Origin: Neocallimastix sp. 'constans' | Lineage: Eukaryota | Length of the DNA: 64,000 nt | Assembly (NCBI GenBank): GCA_050613775.1 | Contig: JBODTK010000107.1 | Location: 1 to 64,000, forward strand | Direction of reading: 5' to 3' | Shown: positions 62,415 to 64,000 of the stretch, one piece after another | Layout: each line of letters starts with the position of its first letter | Position numbering within the stretch: position 1 is the stretch's first letter | Notes under the pieces: generated by a model | Seen by the model: only the letters and a program-made list of their open reading frames with translations | What the model was told of the DNA's origin: nothing | Databases searched by the model: none | Made by a program: the position numbers and the translations under genes

Positions 62415-62875
62415 AAACTTTACCATTTTATCTAAATTTGTTCCTCTAACATCCATACTTATTGTAACATTGCTTTCTTGTATCTGTTCAATATTAATAA
62501 TAAGTTTTGGCTTCTTTGTTGTATTTCTTACTTTTTTGTTTTTAATATTCATATTTGGTGGTATTGTTGTTAATAAATCACACTCGTATTTGTTTTTAAT
62601 ATCGTTACTTCCAATTAAATCACCTATGTTTTTTTCAGCATAACCAATAAAATCATTTGAAGAAAAAGAATCTGAATTATCATCCATATCAAAAACTAAA
62701 AATCTTAATTTTTGTATCTTTTGTTTTATATATATATATATTTAAAGAAAAATACATTTTATACAATAAGGATAATATAATGATAAATAAAGATAATATA
62801 TATATATATTTTAAATTTATTTTATTTGTTAATTATTAATATTTATATAATTTTTAATAAAATAAAAAAAATAAA

Positions 62876-62973
<98 letters not shown>

Positions 62974-63478
62974 TAATAATAATAATGATAATAATAATGA
63001 TAATAATAATGATAATAATAATGATAATAATAATAATAATAATAATAAGAGAGTATATTTATAGTAATAATAACAATGATTATGTTGAAAATGATAATAA
63101 TTATAATAATTAGTAATAATAATAATTATAATAATTAATATTAATAATAATATTTGTATTTACCATTTCAAAATAGTAATCAATAATGAATGATTTTAAA
63201 AAAGAAGGATTAAGATCATTATTAATCTTTTCTGTTGTTCCAACTTTAATCCATTTAATATCTTGTTCTCCTGAAGTATTAATCGTTTTCTGTTCTAAAA
63301 AAATAAATATTTTTGGATCACTTTTTGATAGAATATCAAGATTTGGCAAATCTTTACATTCAAATCTTAATTCAATTTTTGAACATAATTCTGTGTTATT
63401 GTTATGTGTGTTGGCATATTCTGTATAATGGTAATAATCTGGTTCAAATGCATTAGTTGATAATTCTCTTTTACTCAT
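60354..63478 (-). CDS. Copine paralog, 8 exons, 588 aa: 63478-63164, 62717-62424, 62273-62093, 61973-61710, 61565-61278, 61085-60773, 60570-60511, 60405-60354
   Basis: Same motifs (AIDFTGSNG, WGPTNFAP, RDIVQFVP, LAEIP) and the same intron positions and phases as the neighbour. Confidence 0.93.
62877..63047. repeat. (AAT)n/(AATAATAATGAT)n microsatellite in copine intron 1
   Basis: Direct reading; explains the spurious poly-Ile ORF 62826-63113. Confidence 0.9.
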
Positions 63479-64000
63479 TTTTTTTTTTTTTTTTTTTTTT
63501 TTTGTTATTGTTAGTTATTTAACAAATAATCAATTAAAAAAACAAATAAGAAAAGAATATAATAGAATATAATAGAAATATTAAAAAAAAAAAAAAAAAA
63601 AAAACTTATTTATGTCTTTTTATATCTAATGGTACAATTATATGCTTTCTTTTTTATTATTATTTTATCATTAATTATTTTGTATTTTTTTTTTTTTTTT
63701 TTTTTCATTATTGTTTTTGCTTATATTTAAATATCTTGTAACTTTTTTCTTAATATTTTAAACAAAAATGAAAAAAAAGTTTGTATAACACATTATCATA
63801 TTAATAATAATAATAATAATAATAAACTATAGTAAAATAAAAAAAAAAAAAAAGAATATAATAATAATAATGTTATTATATATTTAAGTATCGAAAATTT
63901 TATAATTTTCTAAAATATTTATATTAATTATGCAAGTTATTACTTTTCACTTAGAAATAAAACATCAAATTTAATCTTTTTTTTTTTTTTTTTTTTGTAT

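Noticed and set aside
55004..63113. Poly-Phe/Ile/Leu ORFs (55004-55186, 59431-59679, 59457-59669, 62826-63113; also 14736-14924, 41870-42061)
   Set aside because: Translations of microsatellites and homopolymers.

Overview
Extremely AT-rich eukaryotic DNA with short GT-AG introns. It is most compatible with an anaerobic gut fungus (Neocallimastigomycota); this is inferred from composition and gene style only. Bases 1-32072 are a head-to-tail, same-strand stack of Ty3/gypsy LTR retrotransposons: A1 (partial), A2, B, C and solo LTR E. They are separated by only 4-6 bp spacers that read as overlapping 4-bp target-site duplications (TSDs) of one site, ACTGA. LTR-pair divergence rises from left to right, suggesting repeated position-specific integration next to an anchor left of the window. 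A further element, D (32480-40105), is damaged by a nonsense codon, an inversion in its 3' LTR and a nested solo LTR that carries a tRNA-like Pol III promoter. All four coding families share a TTTAAAC -1 frameshift signal with a downstream hairpin and a non-canonical D-S/T-C protease motif; families A, B and D also have structured 5' leaders. The rest of the window holds a 4-exon Ser/Thr kinase, a decayed MULE transposon containing a ~2.4-kb foldback satellite, an unidentified degenerate coding-like stretch and two tandem 8-exon copine genes.
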